A DNA stretch of 64,000 nucleotides. Source: Nitrosomonadales bacterium (GTDB taxonomy: Bacteria; Pseudomonadota; Gammaproteobacteria; Burkholderiales; Nitrosomonadaceae). Below, piece by piece: positions 50,442 through 58,692 of this stretch (positions are counted from its first letter, which is position 1; each line of letters opens with the position of its first letter). The notes below the pieces were generated by a model. That model was not told where the DNA came from. It searched no databases and saw nothing but the letters and a program-made list of their open reading frames with translations. The position numbers and the translations under genes were made by a program. The DNA lies in the NCBI GenBank assembly GCA_009886095.1, contig VFJL01000003.1, forward strand, positions 5,479 through 69,478, in the 5' to 3' direction.

Positions 50442-51461
50442 TTAGCGGTAGCCTGCCCGGTCCATCAGCTTTACCGCTGCCGCCTGCAATTCACCGGCAG
50501 TGGCCACATTCATCGGGTTCTGCTTGAAGTTGCCCCACGCTGCGACCACCGGATCAGGTTTGATTCTGGGATTGGCTGGATACTCCATGTTGATGTCGGC
50601 GAACAGGTTTTGCGCTTTCTCCGACGACAGGAATTCCAGCAGCTTGATCGCCGCCTGTTCATTTTTGGCACCCTTGGTGATACCCGCGCCGGAAACGTTG
50701 ATGTGGACGCCGCTACCGGCCTGATTAGGCCAGAAAATCGCCAGCGGCAGCACAGGATTCTTTGTCAATAGACGGCCATAATAATAGGTATTGACCAGCG
50801 TCACGTCGCATTTCCCGGCAGCGACGAACTCCATCGCCCGGGTATCGTCGGACAACGGGTCGGTGGCGAAATTAGCGACCCAGCCTTTCACGATCTGCTC
50901 GGTTTTGGCCTCGCCATGCTCGGCGATCATCATCGCCACCAGCGACTGGTTATACACCTTCTTGGAAGAGCGCAGACACAACCGCCCTTTCCACTTCGGC
51001 TCGGCCAGATCATCGTAACTGGAAAGCTCGGCAGGTTTTACTTTCTGTGTGTTGTAGACCATGGTGCGAGCACGCACTGACAGCCCGAACCATTGTTTCT
51101 GCGGGTCACGCAGGTGTGCGGGAATATTCGCATCCAGCGTCTTCGACTCCACTGGTCTCAGCAGCCCTTCGCGCGCAGCTTCCCACAGATTGCCCGCATC
51201 GACCGTGATCAGCATATCGGCAGGAGTGTTCTTGCCCTCCGCTTTGAGGCGCGCGAGCAAGGCGCCTTCATTATCGGTGACGAATTTCACCGCAATGCCA
51301 GTGTCCTGAGTGAAAGCATCGAACATCGGCTTGATAAGTTGCTCAATGCGCGCCGAATAAACCACTACCTGCTCGGCATAGGCGACATTAGTGCCCAGCA
51401 GCGCAGTGCAGCACAACATTGCGGCAAGATAGCGGCTAAAGCAGAGTCTCAGCATTTCCAT
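50442..51461 (-). CDS. fbpA: Fe(3+) ABC transporter substrate-binding protein
   Basis: 339-aa ORF with a signal peptide. FbpA/AfuA-like (VVVYSARIEQLIKPMFDAF…). Confidence 0.88.
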   Translation of the reverse strand: MEMLRLCFSRYLAAMLCCTALLGTNVAYAEQVVVYSARIEQLIKPMFDAFTQDTGIAVKFVTDNEGALLARLKAEGKNTPADMLITVDAGNLWEAAREGLLRPVESKTLDANIPAHLRDPQKQWFGLSVRARTMVYNTQKVKPAELSSYDDLAEPKWKGRLCLRSSKKVYNQSLVAMMIAEHGEAKTEQIVKGWVANFATDPLSDDTRAMEFVAAGKCDVTLVNTYYYGRLLTKNPVLPLAIFWPNQAGSGVHINVSGAGITKGAKNEQAAIKLLEFLSSEKAQNLFADINMEYPANPRIKPDPVVAAWGNFKQNPMNVATAGELQAAAVKLMDRAGYR

Positions 51462-51519
51462 TTACTCCAGATCGAATGAACAACGAAATTGGCTATACAT
51501 AGCCTGAATTGATTATATA

Positions 51520-51537
51520 TGAATGATAATAGTTATC
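51520..51537. promoter_or_regulatory. putative Fur box upstream of fbpABC
   Basis: tgaatgataatagttatc matches 14 of 18 positions of ATAATGATAATCATTATC by my hand count. Located 59-76 nt upstream of the fbpA ATG. Confidence 0.5.
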
Positions 51538-51743
51538 AACAAAATATCTCATCTGTGACGCTGAACATTGAATACGAACGGGGGAATTTCGAGGAGTTGA
51601 AGCTGTATATGCTAGGATGCTAGGATGCTAAAGATAAAATAAACGAGCCAATGCGAAGAGTTAATTGCACAGATAAAGAGCAAGATGAACCGGAGCATAC
51701 CGGCTAATCAATTGTTTCCGATACGCTGGGCTATATCGTAGTA

Positions 51744-52067
51744 ATGACCAAAAAAATCAAAACTAAAAGCCTAATTTTAGAAGCCGTGCATGAGACGGCC
51801 AGTGATCTGAGCCGTCTGGGTTTTATCGACAAACGCAAAATGCGCAAGTTCGACGTGCTGTGTCTCGACCCGATACCAGCTTACGACAGCGAGAAAATCC
51901 GCGCGCTACGCGACCATCTACAGTTAAGCCAATCGGTGCTTGCCGCAGTGTTGAACACCAGCCTATCGACAGTGCGTAAATGGGAAATCGGCGAGAAGCA
52001 TCCGAGTGGGCCGTCACTGAAGTTGCTCAACCTTTTGGAGCGCAAAGGGCTGGAAGCTGTTCTTTAA
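51744..52067 (+). CDS. Xre/COG2944-type HTH protein (antitoxin-like)
   Basis: 107-aa ORF. The C-terminal LSQSVLAAVLNTSLSTVRKWEIGEKHPSGPSLKLL is a classic Xre HTH. The N-terminal half resembles the antitoxin partner of RelE/HigB-like toxins. Confidence 0.8.
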   Translation: MTKKIKTKSLILEAVHETASDLSRLGFIDKRKMRKFDVLCLDPIPAYDSEKIRALRDHLQLSQSVLAAVLNTSLSTVRKWEIGEKHPSGPSLKLLNLLERKGLEAVL

Positions 52068-52126
52068 GAATGAGCGTAAATCATAAGCGCGAGGGCAGTG
52101 GTGGATTCATTCGACCAGATTTAGAC

Positions 52127-53731
52127 ATGAACATGAAAAAACAAAAACTCGAACTTACATGGATCGGCAAGGAGAACCGGCCCAAGCTGGAGCCGCGCAT
52201 TTTGCTGGAAGACTCGGCGAAGAGTTATCACGCGAAGCATCGGGTGACGGAGAAGGACATTTTCGACAACCAGCTGATCTTCGGCGACAACTTGCTGGCG
52301 TTGAAGGCTTTGGAGGCGGAGTTTGCGGGGAAGGTGAAGTGCGTGTTTATTGATCCGCCGTACAACACCGGCAGTGCGTTCACGCATTATGACGACGGGG
52401 TGGAGCATTCGATCTGGTTGTCGCTGATGCGCGACCGGCTGGAGATTATCCGGCGGCTGTTGTCGGATGATGGTTCGTTGTGGATCACGATTGATGACAA
52501 CGAAGCGCATTATCTGAAGGTGATGTGCGATGAGATTTTTGGGCGGGTGAATTTTGTAGCTAATGTTGTTTGGCAAAAAAAATATTCGCCAGGGAATAAC
52601 CAAAAGGGAATTTCTTCTGATTTGGATCATGTTCTGGTGTTTGCACGCGACAATCAGAAATGGGCTTGGAATTTGCTGCCAAGATCAGAAAAACAGGATG
52701 CAGCATACAAAAATCCTGATAACGATCCACGAGGATTGTGGAAAGCAAGTGACCTGACTCGTGCGGAGCATCGGGACAGAGATTTTTATCCAATTGTTAC
52801 ACCATCAGGGAAAGAGGCTTTGCCAGCAAACGGAAGAAGTTGGAGCCGTCCCCCTGATGAAATTGAACGGCTGCGCAAAGATAACAGGCTGTGGTTCGGG
52901 CCTAACGGAGATGCAAAACCAAGTTTGAAAAGGTTTTTAACGGAAGTGCAAGACGGTATTGTCGCCAAAGCTATTTGGACACGCGACGAAGTTGGCGACA
53001 ACGAGCAGGCAAAGAAGGAAGCGAAGATTTTGGCGAGTGACGACATCTTCGCGACACCCAAGCCAGAGAAGCTCATCCAACGAGTCATTCAAATCGCGAC
53101 CAACCCCAACGACATCGTCCTCGACTCCTTCGCCGGTTCCGGCACCACTGGCGCAGTCGCCCACAAGATGGGCCGACGCTGGATCATGATTGAGCTGGGT
53201 GAGCATTGCCACACGCACATCATCCCGCGCTTGCAAAAGGTGATTGATGGCGAAGATAAGGGCGGCATTTCCGGGTCAGTAAACTGGCAAGGCGGCGGCG
53301 GTTTTCGCTATTACAAACTCGCGCCCAGCCTGTTGCGACAGGATGCTTATGGGCAGTGGGTCATCAACAAGGAATATAACGCAGAGATGCTGGCGCAAGC
53401 CTTGTGCAAGCTGGAGGGCTTCATCTATGCACCAAGTGATGCACATTACTGGATGCACGGGCATTCCACCGAACGGGATTTTATCTACGTCACCACGGCG
53501 AACCTGAACCACGAGCAGTTGCAGCAGCTTTCCGATGAAGTGGGGATGGAGCGCAGCTTGTTGGTGTTGTGTACCGCTTTCCGTGGACAGGGCGAGTATC
53601 CGAATCTCACCGTGAAGAAGATTCCCAAGCAGGTGCTGTCGCGCTGCGAGTGGGGACATGATGATTATTCGTTGCGGGTGGAGAATCTGCCGCAGGCTCC
53701 AGTTAAGTTGGGGCAGCAGGGGTTGTTTTGA
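52127..53731 (+). CDS. mod: Type III restriction-modification methyltransferase (Mod), amino-MTase beta class
   Basis: DPPYNTG (motif IV) precedes FAGSGTTG (motif I). The ATG at 52127 (MNMKKQKLELTWIGKENRP) lies within the ORF opening at 51980. Confidence 0.9.
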   Translation: MNMKKQKLELTWIGKENRPKLEPRILLEDSAKSYHAKHRVTEKDIFDNQLIFGDNLLALKALEAEFAGKVKCVFIDPPYNTGSAFTHYDDGVEHSIWLSLMRDRLEIIRRLLSDDGSLWITIDDNEAHYLKVMCDEIFGRVNFVANVVWQKKYSPGNNQKGISSDLDHVLVFARDNQKWAWNLLPRSEKQDAAYKNPDNDPRGLWKASDLTRAEHRDRDFYPIVTPSGKEALPANGRSWSRPPDEIERLRKDNRLWFGPNGDAKPSLKRFLTEVQDGIVAKAIWTRDEVGDNEQAKKEAKILASDDIFATPKPEKLIQRVIQIATNPNDIVLDSFAGSGTTGAVAHKMGRRWIMIELGEHCHTHIIPRLQKVIDGEDKGGISGSVNWQGGGGFRYYKLAPSLLRQDAYGQWVINKEYNAEMLAQALCKLEGFIYAPSDAHYWMHGHSTERDFIYVTTANLNHEQLQQLSDEVGMERSLLVLCTAFRGQGEYPNLTVKKIPKQVLSRCEWGHDDYSLRVENLPQAPVKLGQQGLF

Positions 53732-53743
53732 AAAAATACTTTT

Positions 53744-53859
53744 CCGCAGATTACGCAGATTCACGCAGATTAAAAACAAACCATTAAGAACACAAACCGG
53801 AAAAATAAATCATGATTTGGTTGTTGGGTTTAATCTGCGGGAATCTGCGTAATCTGCGG
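53744..53859. repeat. 27/28-bp inverted repeat built from three tandem CGCAGATT units per arm
   Basis: The left arm is ccgcagattacgcagattcacgcagatt (53744-53771) and the right arm is aatctgcgggaatctgcgtaatctgcgg (53832-53859). They have one mismatch and a 60-nt loop. The structure starts 13 nt after the mod stop. Confidence 0.85.
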
Positions 53860-53911
53860 AAAAAGGGTTTGCATGAATTCTATGTAAATCTGCGGACGAT
53901 GAAAGGTTTTT

Positions 53912-54325
53912 ATGGGAAGTGATGAGCAAACCTTTGCGATTATTGGCGCGGCGATGGTAGTGCATCGGCAGCTTGGGCATGGGTTTCTTGAAGCAGTTTA
54001 TCAGGAAGCCTTGGCTGTGGAATTCCAGTACCAAGGTATCCCGTTTGCACGGGAATCTGAGTTGCCTGTCCATTATCGAGGCAAGCTTCTGGTGACTGGT
54101 TATCGTGCCGATTTTGTTTGTTTCGGCGAGGTCATCACTGAATTGAAAGCGTTGGATCGGCTGACGGCAAAAGAAGAATCACAGGTCATCAACTACCTGA
54201 AGGCCAGCGGGGAAACACGGGGGTTGCTGCTGAATTTCGGCGCGAGAAGCCTCGAACACAAACGCCTGATCCTTTCAAACAATCTGTGTGAATCTGCGCA
54301 ATCTGTGGATGGTGAAAAAGCATGA
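53912..54325 (+). CDS. GxxExxY family protein
   Basis: 137-aa ORF containing GFLEAVY (the G-x-x-E-x-x-Y motif) and [22 protein letters not shown] Shine-Dalgarno sequence. Confidence 0.85.
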   Translation: MGSDEQTFAIIGAAMVVHRQLGHGFLEAVYQEALAVEFQYQGIPFARESELPVHYRGKLLVTGYRADFVCFGEVITELKALDRLTAKEESQVINYLKASGETRGLLLNFGARSLEHKRLILSNNLCESAQSVDGEKA

Positions 54326-55644
54326 GCGTAAAACCAAAGAAATCCGTGCCCGATACGCCGCATTTGTTCGGCCGCGTCCGGGACATTGTCGAATCGGCCC
54401 GCAGTAACATTGCGCGCACGGTCAACTCCACGCAGGTGGTGTCAAATTGGCTGATCGGGCGCGAGATTGTGGAAGAAGAGCAGCAAGGAAAACGACGCGC
54501 TGGTTATGGTGAGGCGTTGCTGGCCGATCTTGCCGAGCGGCTATTGCGTGAATTTGGGAAAGGCTGGTCGGTACGCCAATTGGAATACTGCCGCAATTTC
54601 TATCTTTCCTATCCGCTGCTTCTCGACTTGGAGAATTCGAACGCAGTGCGTTCGAATTCTGACAGCCCGACTGAACACATTACGAACGCAGTGCGTGCGG
54701 AATTGCCCGTGTCGCGGCTATCGAATGAAAATTCCGAGACAGTGCGTCGGAAATTGTGTGCATCGCTGGACGCGCTCGACATTTACCACGCAGCGCGTGG
54801 AGAATCATGGAAGCCGGGGCAATTGAATCCCAACCTTTCGTGGACGCACTATCGCACTTTGCTACGGGTCAGTCGCATTGAGGCGCGCACCTTTTATGAG
54901 ATAGAGGCTGCTGGCAACGCATGGTCTGCACGCGAAATGGAGCGCCAGATCGGCAGCTTGTTATTTGACCGGCTGGCGAAAAGCCGGGACAAGAAAGGGT
55001 TGATGCGCTTGGCGGTTCATGGTCAGGAAGTTGCACAGCCGATAGATGCGCTGAAAGACCCGGTGGTATTGGAGTTTCTTGATCTGCCGGAATCGCCGCG
55101 TTTGGTGGAATCCAAGCTGGAGCAGGCACTGATCGGCAATCTGGAAACCTTCCTATTGGAGCTGGGTAAAGGTTTTGCGTTTGTTTCACGGCAGGAGCGC
55201 ATCACGCTGGATGGCGACCACTTTTACATTGATCTGGTTTTCTACCACACGGTGTTGAAGTGCTTTGTGCTGATTGACCTGAAGGTGGGAAAACTTACTC
55301 ATGCCGATCTTGGGCAGATTCAATTTTACGTCAATTACTACGACCGCGAGCGGCGCACCGAGGGTGACAATCCGACGCTGGGGCTGATCCTGTGCCCAGA
55401 TAAAAATGACGCCGTGGTGAAATACACGCTGGGCGAACAGCAGGAGCGCAATATTTTCACCAGCCGTTACCAACTCCATTTGCCAACCGTCGAGGAACTT
55501 GAAAACGAGCTTCGGCGGGAGCTTCGTTTCCTGACTCCGCCAGAAGGCAAGACAACCATTAAGAAAACCCTAACAGTTGCCCGGAAAGCCTCACCCAGCT
55601 TGAAAAAATCGGCATCAAAAAAGAAAAAGGGGAATACGGAATGA
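54322..55644 (+). CDS. DUF1016/YhcG-type PD-(D/E)XK nuclease-like protein
   Basis: 440-aa ORF. The C-terminal [41 protein letters not shown] is the YhcG nuclease-fold core. ATGA overlap with the upstream gene. Confidence 0.85.
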   Translation: MSVKPKKSVPDTPHLFGRVRDIVESARSNIARTVNSTQVVSNWLIGREIVEEEQQGKRRAGYGEALLADLAERLLREFGKGWSVRQLEYCRNFYLSYPLLLDLENSNAVRSNSDSPTEHITNAVRAELPVSRLSNENSETVRRKLCASLDALDIYHAARGESWKPGQLNPNLSWTHYRTLLRVSRIEARTFYEIEAAGNAWSAREMERQIGSLLFDRLAKSRDKKGLMRLAVHGQEVAQPIDALKDPVVLEFLDLPESPRLVESKLEQALIGNLETFLLELGKGFAFVSRQERITLDGDHFYIDLVFYHTVLKCFVLIDLKVGKLTHADLGQIQFYVNYYDRERRTEGDNPTLGLILCPDKNDAVVKYTLGEQQERNIFTSRYQLHLPTVEELENELRRELRFLTPPEGKTTIKKTLTVARKASPSLKKSASKKKKGNTE

Positions 55645-55766
55645 ACTGCTACACCACCGGGGAAGGCGAAGTCACAGTGGATGAGGCAGTTGTTTCCATT
55701 TTGGAAACAACTGCCGATTTCAACCTGAGATTGGCGCGCTACTTGAAGGGTGAGGGAAAACCATGA
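55641..55766 (+). CDS. 41-codon bridging ORF (hypothetical)
   Basis: [41 protein letters not shown]. It has ATGA overlaps at both ends (with the DUF1016 stop and the res start) and an AAGGGG upstream. No homology recognised. Confidence 0.35.
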   Translation: MNCYTTGEGEVTVDEAVVSILETTADFNLRLARYLKGEGKP

Positions 55767-58450
55767 ACCGCCATGTGAATGCCATCGCCGGGCGCTTGAG
55801 TTTGCGTGCGCCGCAGCGCCGCTCACTGGAGATTCTGGATCGCATCATCGAGATCACGCCACCCGGCAAGGATGTTGACCTTGCATCCGTTCTGGAGATT
55901 ATCCGCAGCGAGTTTCCATCAGTCACGGATTTCGAGCGTGAGTTTCCGTCGTTGTGTTTTGCGTTGGCGACGGGTGTGGGCAAGACGCGGTTGATGGGGG
56001 CGTTCATCAGCTATCTGCATCTCGCACACGGCATCAATAATTTCTTCGTGCTGGCACCGAACCTGACCATCTACAACAAGCTAATCGTGGATTTCAGCGA
56101 CCGCACGCATCCGAAGTATGTATTCAAGGGCATCTCTGAATTCGCCATTGACGCGCCTTCCATCATTACCGGCGACAATTACGACCAGCACGACCCGGCC
56201 AGCGGCACGCTATTCGACGGGGTGCGGATCAATATTTTCAATATCTCGAAAATCAATTCCGAGGTGCGCGGCGGCAAGGCACCGCGCATCAAGCGATTAT
56301 CGGAATATATCGGCGAAAGTTACTTCGATTATCTGGCCGGTTTGCCAGACTTGGTGTTGCTGATGGATGAATCGCATCGCTACCGCGCCAGTGCCGGTAT
56401 CAGGGCGATCAATGAGCTGAAGCCGATCCTGGGGCTGGAACTGACAGCGACGCCATTCGTGGAATCTGCCAGGGGAGCGGTGCCGTTCAAGAACGTCATT
56501 CTTGATTACCCGCTGGGCAAAGCGATGGCAGATGGCTTTGTGAAAGAGCCAGCCGTGGTAACGCGCAAGAATTTCAATCCGGCGGGGATGTCGCCCGAAG
56601 AGATTGAGCGCATGAAACTGGAAGACGGTGTGCGTCTGCACGAGAGCGTGAAGGTGGAGCTGGAAACTTATGCCCGCGAAACCAGTAACCCCATCGTTAA
56701 GCCTTTCCTGCTAGTGATCGCGCGCGATACGACTCATGCCGGGCAGTTGCTGGCATTGATCCAGTCGGATGGATTCTTCGAGGGGCGCTATAAGGACAAA
56801 GTCATACAGGTGGATTCGAGCCGGAGTGGTGCGGATGAGGAGGAGATGATCGCCCGGTTGCTGAAGGTGGAGCACACCGAAGAGCCGACCGAGATCGTCA
56901 TTCACGTCAACATGCTCAAAGAAGGCTGGGACGTAACCAACCTCTACACCATCGTACCGCTGCGAGCGGCCAATGCGCGCACTCTGATCGAGCAATCCAT
57001 TGGGCGCGGCCTGCGCCTGCCATATGGCAGGCGCACGGGTGTAACCGCAGTGGACAGACTGAATATAGTCGCGCATGACAAGTTCCAAGAAATCATCGAC
57101 GCGGCGAATCAGCCTGACTCCACCATTCACTTGAAGGCGGTGGTGCTGGATGACGATGACTTCAGCCAAAAAATTGCGACGATTGTTTCGCAGTCGCAGC
57201 TTGCTACCAAACTGGGAATAAAGCCAACCGATACGAGCGGCAGCACGAAGGTAGCAGGGCAAGATGTGCAACCTATCTTCACCAAACCAGAAGAACAGGA
57301 AGTGGCGCAGATCGCCTACAAGGTAATCCGCAAGCTGGAGAATCAACCGGCGACTGTGCCAACGCTGGCGCACCTGAAAAATCCCGAAGTACAGGCAGCC
57401 ATCGTCAAGGCGGTGCAAGAACAGCATCGTCCCTCGCAAATGGAGTTGGCAGGCGTGACCGAGCAGCCGGACTTCGCCGCTGTTGTGGCAAAGACGGTCG
57501 AGTTGGTAACGCAACAGACGATCGATATTCCGCGCATTCTCGTTGTACCCAAGGGTGAGGTGAAAGCCGGATTCAAACCATTCACCCTGAAGTTGGATGC
57601 ACTAAAGTATCCGGCAGTATCCGATGAACTATGGATTCAGCACCTGCGAACCAACCAGCTTGAGGTGGTGGCGTTAAGCAACAGTGGCATTGAGGAGAAA
57701 CGGTTGGAGGATTATGTCGTCAGTGGTTTGGCGAATTTTGACGATGTCTCTTACGACAACCACGCCGATCTGCTCTACGACCTCGCCACCCAGACTGTGC
57801 GGCATTTCCAGACCTATCTTTCCGAGGATGACACCCGCAAAGTACTGCGCTGCTACCAGCGAGACATCGCACGCTTTGTCTACACCCAAATGCAGGATCA
57901 CTGCTGGGAAGACATGATTGGCTATGAGGTGAAAATCAGCAAGGGCTTTACCGAACTGAAGCAGAGCGCTTATACCTGCTCCGCGCAAGAGCCGCCTGTC
58001 GACTACCGGGTTGCACCGGCGGATAAGAGCAATATGGCGAAATATCTGTTTGGTGGATTCAAGCGCTGCCTCTATCCGGTGCAGAAATTTGATTCCGATT
58101 CGGAACGCAAGTTGGCAGTAATTCTGGAACGCGACGCCATCAAGTGGTTCAAGCCTGCCAAGGGCCAGTTCCAAATTTTCTACCGGCAGAGGGCGGATCA
58201 CCTGGAATACCAACCGGACTTCGTTGCAGAAACGATCGACACGGTCTATATGCTTGAACCCAAAATGCGCAAGGAACTGGAAGACCCAATTGTCATCGCC
58301 AAAAAGGAAGCCGCCATCAGATGGTGTACGAATGCCTCAGACCATGCGGCAAATTATGACGGCAAGCCATGGCAATACTTGCTAATCCCGCATGACGAGA
58401 TTGCAGACAACATAACCTTGGCAGGTCTGGCAGCGCGGTTTTCGGTCTGA
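55763..58450 (+). CDS. res: Type III restriction endonuclease subunit (Res), SF2 helicase plus C-terminal nuclease
   Basis: 895-aa ORF with LATGVGKT (motif I), MDESH (motif II) and C-terminal YQPDFV…YMLEPK, a PD-(D/E)XK-like motif. Confidence 0.92.
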   Translation: MNRHVNAIAGRLSLRAPQRRSLEILDRIIEITPPGKDVDLASVLEIIRSEFPSVTDFEREFPSLCFALATGVGKTRLMGAFISYLHLAHGINNFFVLAPNLTIYNKLIVDFSDRTHPKYVFKGISEFAIDAPSIITGDNYDQHDPASGTLFDGVRINIFNISKINSEVRGGKAPRIKRLSEYIGESYFDYLAGLPDLVLLMDESHRYRASAGIRAINELKPILGLELTATPFVESARGAVPFKNVILDYPLGKAMADGFVKEPAVVTRKNFNPAGMSPEEIERMKLEDGVRLHESVKVELETYARETSNPIVKPFLLVIARDTTHAGQLLALIQSDGFFEGRYKDKVIQVDSSRSGADEEEMIARLLKVEHTEEPTEIVIHVNMLKEGWDVTNLYTIVPLRAANARTLIEQSIGRGLRLPYGRRTGVTAVDRLNIVAHDKFQEIIDAANQPDSTIHLKAVVLDDDDFSQKIATIVSQSQLATKLGIKPTDTSGSTKVAGQDVQPIFTKPEEQEVAQIAYKVIRKLENQPATVPTLAHLKNPEVQAAIVKAVQEQHRPSQMELAGVTEQPDFAAVVAKTVELVTQQTIDIPRILVVPKGEVKAGFKPFTLKLDALKYPAVSDELWIQHLRTNQLEVVALSNSGIEEKRLEDYVVSGLANFDDVSYDNHADLLYDLATQTVRHFQTYLSEDDTRKVLRCYQRDIARFVYTQMQDHCWEDMIGYEVKISKGFTELKQSAYTCSAQEPPVDYRVAPADKSNMAKYLFGGFKRCLYPVQKFDSDSERKLAVILERDAIKWFKPAKGQFQIFYRQRADHLEYQPDFVAETIDTVYMLEPKMRKELEDPIVIAKKEAAIRWCTNASDHAANYDGKPWQYLLIPHDEIADNITLAGLAARFSV

Positions 58451-58468
58451 TTATCGGGGAGGAGTCTG

Positions 58469-58660
58469 ATGGCCAAAGCGAGAACATCAGTGCAAGAACT
58501 GGTTGGAATGATCGAGCGCGGCGACTTTTGGATCATCGCCTCAAACAAGCAACTCAACTTCATCCGGTACGTGAAAACCCTGCTCAAGCAAATGGTGAAT
58601 TATTTGAAGGTGGAAACCCGAACCGACAAGGCACCGACCTTATCTGGGAAGCGGCTTTGA
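58469..58660 (+). pseudogene. possible remnant of a DUF262 (GmrSD-type) gene N-terminus
   Basis: A strong GGAGG RBS precedes MAKARTSVQELVGMIERGD, which resembles DUF262 N-termini as I recall them. After about 58526 the resemblance (…G.P…G..LIWE) continues only in the next frame. Call is from memory. Confidence 0.3.
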
Positions 58661-58692
58661 GGGACAAGACGCTCCGTCGCACTACAGGTGCT

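Noticed and set aside
51661-51741. Possible remnant of the missing RelE/HigB-type toxin upstream of the HTH gene.
   Set aside because: The only open frame ending there (…TSQCEELIAQIKSKMNRSIPANQLFPIRWAIS*) shows no toxin motif I can recognise. It cannot be called a pseudogene without a similarity search.
53744-54307. CRISPR array interpretation of the repeated AATCTGCG units. The rest of the window was also checked for CRISPRs.
   Set aside because: The units are 8 nt with 1-2 nt spacers and occur in inverted blocks. This is not 24-40-nt repeats separated by unique spacers. No CRISPR-like periodicity was seen anywhere.
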